From a virus (lineage: Duplodnaviria; Caudoviricetes): a stretch of DNA of 41,586 nucleotides. Shown piece after piece: positions 38,167 through 41,586 of the stretch; position 1 is the stretch's first letter; every line of letters starts with the position of its first letter. Below the pieces are notes generated by a model. The model had not been told where the DNA came from, did no database searches, and saw only the letters and a program-made list of their open reading frames with translations. A program made the translations under genes and the position numbers. Location of the stretch: IMG/VR virus record IMGVR_UViG_3300044580_000351, positions 1 through 41,586 of that record; one strand, written 5' to 3'.

Positions 38167-38517
38167 TCATTCCACCTTTCTGTACCACTGAGTATTTGCA
38201 CTGTCTTTTTCTGTGGGTACTACACCTGGTACTTTCCCAGCGTTCACATAATTATAAAACGATCTTCCAAGAGCCAGTCGAACACCCTTGGAGATGCTAA
38301 TCCAGTCGGTGCCGAATACTGCTTTGATGTTAAACGCAGTATCTTTCGGAATTCGGCCAGTGCGGATAAGCAACTCTTGGAACCACTGTTGGAACTCGGT
38401 ATCCTCCAACACCTTGCTTTTGATGTAAAACGGAACAGTCACTCCCTCTTCTTGGGCTAAACGCTCGAGATCTGCAAATTCCTTATCTGTGAACGACACC
38501 TGAACCACTCTTGACAT
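38167..38517 (-). CDS. Ribbon-helix-helix plus DUF1413-like winged-helix protein (moron)
   Basis: VVQVSFTDKEFADLERLAQEEGVTVPFYIKSKVL (RHH pattern); FNIKAVFGTDW...RLALGRSFYNYV...QWYRK. Confidence 0.65.
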   Translation of the reverse strand: MSRVVQVSFTDKEFADLERLAQEEGVTVPFYIKSKVLEDTEFQQWFQELLIRTGRIPKDTAFNIKAVFGTDWISISKGVRLALGRSFYNYVNAGKVPGVVPTEKDSANTQWYRKVE

Positions 38518-38617
38518 ATAAAAACCACCTTCCACTTATCTTGTTCTGGTTTTTATTATAAACCTGCATGTTATTAAATGTCAAGCGGTTTTTATTAAAA
38601 ACATTTAGGTTTTTATA
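38517..38617 (-). promoter_or_regulatory. Moron promoter with repeated operator boxes
   Basis: TTGACA(38579-38584)-N18-TATAAT(38555-38560). GGTTTTTAT at 38548, 38587, 38608 and inverted at 38518-38526. Confidence 0.75.
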
Positions 38618-40217
38618 AAATAAGCAAGCCCCTTTTATTGTACACCGACTCACCGCTATTTACAGATCCACAACGAATGGCTCGGTCTAGCGCCATAATG
38701 GATGCTACCGCGCCATCTATTCTTTCTGTACTCTTCTCCTTATCTGGCTTTATGTTTCCTGCCGGATCGGTCTTAATGTAGATGTTATCCATCATCCAGC
38801 GGAGTACAGGATGGCCGCCGTGAGCGATTTTCTGCTCAAGTGTCAGTTTCATCAGTTCCTTGGTAGGTGGAGACATATCTTTAAAGCCCTGTCCGAAGGG
38901 AACAACTGTAAACCCGAGGCCCTCAAGGTTCTGTGTCATCTGAACAGCACCCCATCGGTCAAAGGCAATTTCTCTGATGTTATACTTCATTCCAAGTTGC
39001 TCAATAAAGCTTTCAATAAAGCTGTAATGCACAACATTTCCTTCCGTCGTCATAAGGTGTCCCTGTTTTACCCAGAGGTCGTACTGGACATGGTCACGAC
39101 GTACCCGGAGATCAATGTTATCCTCCGGCATCCAGAAAAATGGAAGTATCTCATACTTGTCCTCCTCGTTCTGTGGCGGGAATACCAGCACAAAAGCTGT
39201 AATGTCCGTTGTAGAGGAAAGATCAAGCCCACCATAGCATACCCGCCCTTCTAAGCTGACAGCATCAACCGGGAATGCACAGGCATCCCACTTTGCCATT
39301 GGCATCCAACGTACAGCTTGTTTAACCCACTGATTAAGTCGGAGCTGTCTGAAGCTGTTTTCTTCAGCCGGATTCTGCTTTGCACTCTCACAAGCAGCCC
39401 GAACCTTATCAATTCCAACCGTTATTCCAAGGGAAGGATTCGCTTTCCTCCATACTTTTGGGTCAGTCCAATCATCATCTTCCTTGGCACCATAGATCAC
39501 GGGATAGAAAGTAGGATCATGTTTTCTGCCTTCTAAAATGTCCAGCGCTTTCTGGTGTGTTTCATAGCAGATGCTCTGGGTATCTGATCCTGCTGTGGTG
39601 ATGAGAAAATATAGCGGCTGCATTCTTGCATCGCCAGAACCCTTTGTCATAACATCGAACAACTTCCTGTTTGGCTGGGTATGCAATTCGTCGAACACCA
39701 CACCGTGGATGTTGAAGCCGTGCTTGGAATAAGCCTCAGCTGACAGCACCTGATAGAAGCTGTTGGTTGGAAGATATATCAGTCGCTTTGTTGAAGCCAG
39801 TATCTTTACACGCCGCGACAGGGCAGGGCACATACGTACCATGTCGGCTGCCACCTCAAAAACAATGGAAGCCTGCTGGCGATCAGCCGCACAGCCATAT
39901 ACTTCGGCACGTTCTTCGCCATCACCGCAGGTCAGTAAAAGGGCAATAGCTGCAGCAAGCTCTGATTTGCCCTGCTTTTTTGGAATCTCAACATACGCCG
40001 TATTGAACTGACGGTAACCATTAGGCTTTAGAATGCCGAATATGTCACGGACTATCTGCTCCTGCCAGTCGATAAGCTCAAAAGGCTTTCCCGCCCATGA
40101 GCCTTTCGTATGGGAAAGAGCCTGTATAAAAGAAACCGCATAGTCTGCGGCATCTTTATCATAATAAGAGCCTTCGGCCATGAAGGCGGTTGGCTTGTAT
40201 TTCTTTAATTTACGCAT
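38613..40217 (-). CDS. Terminase large subunit
   Basis: PKKQGKSEL (Walker A), VVFDELH (Walker B), GGLDLSSTTD, RIDGAVA. Confidence 0.96.
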   Translation of the reverse strand: MRKLKKYKPTAFMAEGSYYDKDAADYAVSFIQALSHTKGSWAGKPFELIDWQEQIVRDIFGILKPNGYRQFNTAYVEIPKKQGKSELAAAIALLLTCGDGEERAEVYGCAADRQQASIVFEVAADMVRMCPALSRRVKILASTKRLIYLPTNSFYQVLSAEAYSKHGFNIHGVVFDELHTQPNRKLFDVMTKGSGDARMQPLYFLITTAGSDTQSICYETHQKALDILEGRKHDPTFYPVIYGAKEDDDWTDPKVWRKANPSLGITVGIDKVRAACESAKQNPAEENSFRQLRLNQWVKQAVRWMPMAKWDACAFPVDAVSLEGRVCYGGLDLSSTTDITAFVLVFPPQNEEDKYEILPFFWMPEDNIDLRVRRDHVQYDLWVKQGHLMTTEGNVVHYSFIESFIEQLGMKYNIREIAFDRWGAVQMTQNLEGLGFTVVPFGQGFKDMSPPTKELMKLTLEQKIAHGGHPVLRWMMDNIYIKTDPAGNIKPDKEKSTERIDGAVASIMALDRAIRCGSVNSGESVYNKRGLLIL

Positions 40218-40235
40218 ATGCGCCGCCTCCTTTAT

Positions 40236-40289
40236 AAAAATAGGCAAAAGAAAAGAGCCTCCGTAGAAGCCCTTTGCTTTTACCTATTT
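40236..40289 (-). terminator. Hairpin upstream of the terminase gene
   Basis: AAATAGGCAAAAG...CTTTTACCTATTT imperfect stem. Confidence 0.45.
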
Positions 40290-40295
40290 ATTCTT

Positions 40296-40484
40296 TTAGT
40301 CTGCTTCTTGCGTTTCACCGGTTAAAATGAAACGACAGTATTCAGCTTTATGGTCAATAAGGTAAGCTACCAGTTCGTAGTAGCCGCGCTCGTTTGCTTC
40401 ATATTGCACACGATTCACATCAAACATATTTGTGACACCACTATCTCGTATAGCGAGGATTTGCTCCTTAATTTTTTCATTCAT
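40296..40484 (-). CDS. DUF5049-like small protein
   Basis: MNEKIKEQILAIRDSGVTNMFDV...Y.RFILTG. Confidence 0.8.
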   Translation of the reverse strand: MNEKIKEQILAIRDSGVTNMFDVNRVQYEANERGYYELVAYLIDHKAEYCRFILTGETQEAD

Positions 40485-40935
40485 CAATAGATACCTCTTT
40501 CTCCACAGAGTCAATGGTGGCCTGGCGCAGGATATCCAAGTCAAAGCCCGCGTCCTTATAGCCTTCCAAAATAGTGGTATAGTAATAGCAACTTGGCTGG
40601 CCAAGCAGTCTACCCTCGTTCATTACATACATCATAGCTTTGACATTCTTGCCTCCCAGTTTTACCTTTACCGTTTCCTTTCGATAAAGAAAGGGCCAGC
40701 CTTCATAACGGTCGAGCGCAGCCTCGTCTGAAGAAGTCAATTCCCAAACCAATACAGGGACGTTGCCGCCCTTAAAGGGTTCTACTGTCGCCACCGCACC
40801 CGCATGTGCGCCCCGGAACAGGAGCCGCCAATCTTTCAGCATGCTGGCACCCACTACCTTTGCTGTGGGGCACCGGTTCGCCATTTGCTTTATGTTAAGG
40901 TTTGAGCCGTAGGCAATGTACAGTTTTTTATCCAT
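40477..40935 (-). CDS. Gamma-glutamylcyclotransferase (AIG2-like) family protein
   Basis: LYIAYGSNL, QMANRCP, LDRYEG; GGAGG RBS before ATG 40935. Confidence 0.9.
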   Translation of the reverse strand: MDKKLYIAYGSNLNIKQMANRCPTAKVVGASMLKDWRLLFRGAHAGAVATVEPFKGGNVPVLVWELTSSDEAALDRYEGWPFLYRKETVKVKLGGKNVKAMMYVMNEGRLLGQPSCYYYTTILEGYKDAGFDLDILRQATIDSVEKEVSIDE

Positions 40936-40979
40936 TATTCTTTGTATCCTCCTTCTTGAGCTTAGGTTTCTCGGACGGT

Positions 40980-41538
40980 TCAGGCCGCCCGAAATCGCCA
41001 TGCCGCCGATCCATTTAAGTGAGCTGTCAGGTGTTCGCGGCAGTTTGCAAACTCCTCACCGATAAAGCCAATGCGGTTTAAGTAAGTCCGCATGGCAAAC
41101 TTTTCGTTCTCTGTCTGCGGCTTCTTTGCTGATGCACATTTTTGCGTAAGCGCCTGATGGTTAAGGGCCAAGGCTAAAACCACATAGCTTCTTATCTTGC
41201 CAGCATGAAGCTCACTATTAAATCCCCTAAGCTCTACTGTGTGATTACCGGTGAAAAAGCTGTGTAGATTCAGGAAATGGTAACGGCTGTTGTGATAATG
41301 CTTGTCGCGGCTCTCACTGTAGCCTTCGTACCAAATCTCCTCAATTGCTCGCATGGTTTTAGGTTTGCGACGGTTCATTTTGTCGACCAGTATGCTGTCC
41401 ATCTTCTTGCAATAATTTATCCTCTCTGGCGCTATTTGAAGAGCCTTGTAAAAGAGGTCATTCTTGCTGGCGATGATGTTAATAAAGTTTCGGATGCTCC
41501 TTGGTGTGTGGTTGGAACCGTCGAGGTGAATGTGTATT
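40980..41538 (-). pseudogene. Amidoligase (Amidoligase_2) 3' part, 5' end disrupted
   Basis: IHIHLDG, RYHFLNLHS, TVELRGFN. The frame breaks just before the expected CG-IHIH; in-frame TAA at 41565-41567. Confidence 0.8.
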
Positions 41539-41586
41539 TTATGCAAAGCTTCACATAAAATACATTATGGCAAGAAGAACATTATG
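41539..41586. mobile_element. Probable end of a tyrosine-recombinase element inserted into the amidoligase gene
   Basis: TTATGCAAAG (41539), inverted TTATGTGAAG (41549-41558), TTATGGCAAG (41565), TTATG (41582), starting right at the junction. Confidence 0.5.

Larger units (their letters stand above)
11105..41586 (-). mobile_element. Prophage (siphovirus-type, HK97-like head) integrated at the rlmD 3' end by serine recombinases; continues beyond the window
   Basis: Co-oriented terminase-portal-protease-capsid-tail-lysis-recombinase genes ending at the att site. Confidence 0.9.

Noticed and set aside
40296-41001. Long N-terminal extensions in the ORF track (also portal, terminase, holin, HNH)
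   Set aside because: Downstream starts have clear RBSs and match family N-termini; coordinates were trimmed
16482-41558. Many + strand ORFs (e.g. 28440-29534, 30408-31169, 36543-37178) opposite phage genes
   Set aside because: Antisense shadows of well-supported minus-strand genes, with no independent signals
41548-41577. The chromosomal dif site
   Set aside because: It resembles dif but lies inside a broken prophage gene among several similar boxes; an element end fits better

Overview
Accessory region of a low-GC Firmicute (Clostridia-like). Left (1-4.45 kb): the 3' end of an IS3-family element, AT-rich genes (InlB B-repeat lipoprotein, zinc-ribbon membrane protein) and a complete ISL3 with no target-site duplication. 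4.6-10.8 kb (- strand): a type I R-M locus with an HTH gene, HsdR, a fused HsdM-HsdS and a translationally coupled RxxxxH (HEPN-like)/Zn-ribbon gene. The methyltransferase carries an in-frame 66-bp insertion with repeat-spacer-repeat geometry (32-bp duplication around 34 bp of foreign DNA), which looks like an ectopic CRISPR spacer integration. At about 11.1 kb is an rlmD/rumA 3'-tail att site. From there to the window end is a siphovirus-type prophage on the - strand: candidate defence cargo (11.2-16.0 kb), a three-gene serine-recombinase module, lysis, tail and head genes, an RHH/DUF1413-like + HNH moron between terminase and portal, and an amidoligase gene cut at the window edge by a probable tyrosine-recombinase element end. 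All family calls come from motifs read by eye; no database searches were run.
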